Source: the human T2T-CHM13v2.0 reference genome, Homo sapiens. Taken from it: a stretch of 64,000 bases of DNA. The notes beneath the pieces were generated by a model. It was not told where the DNA came from, ran no database searches, and was given only the letters and a program-made list of their open reading frames with translations. The stretch lies in assembly GCF_009914755.1 (NCBI RefSeq), contig NC_060926.1; one strand, 5' to 3'. The position numbers and the translations under genes were made by a program. Shown here piece by piece: positions 63,719-64,000 of the stretch; position 1 is the stretch's first letter; each line of letters opens with the position of its first letter.

Positions 63719-64000
63719 GAGGGCTTCCTGATACTGATCCTACTCAGAGAGGGTAGGTAGGGTGGAGTGTTTGCAGGGATTGTGACACCAAAATGGATGT
63801 GACTGGATGGCTTAAACCACAGAAATGTTATTTCTAACAGTTTAGGAGCCTGGAAAGGCAAAGCTCAAAGTCCAGAAAGGTTTTCTTGCTGGTGAGGACT
63901 CTCTTTTTAATTTGCAGATGTTACCTTTTGGCCATGTCCCCACATGACCATCCCTCAGGGCACGCAGGGAGGGTGGGGGAGGGAGAAAGCTCTATAGTGT

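Overview
This is human genomic DNA from the immunoglobulin kappa variable (IGKV) locus, with all V segments on the minus strand in germline (unrearranged) configuration. Diagnostic residues indicate the proximal (J-C-side) copy rather than the distal 'D' duplicate: an intact IGKV1-27, IGKV2-29 with EVSSRFS and a TGA at the second Cys, and IGKV2-30 with KVSNRDS. In order the window holds IGKV1-27, IGKV2-28, IGKV2-29 (stop allele), IGKV2-30, pseudogenes IGKV3-31 and IGKV1-32, and IGKV1-33, each with leader exon, intron, V exon and 12-RSS, set among L1, Alu, LTR and DNA-transposon remnants. Beyond the named genes I find five highly decayed V-kappa relics of two lineages; one keeps a near-consensus orphan 12-RSS at 19383-19410. 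I also find a strong CTCF motif at 34496, a palindromic AT-rich (PATRR-like) block at 55033-55883, a contracted IGKV1-27 promoter and a 52-bp L1 insertion with its empty paralogous site. I see no evidence of a wholly new biological system. Most listed ORFs are chance or repeat-derived. Gene and repeat-family names come from recall, not from a database search.
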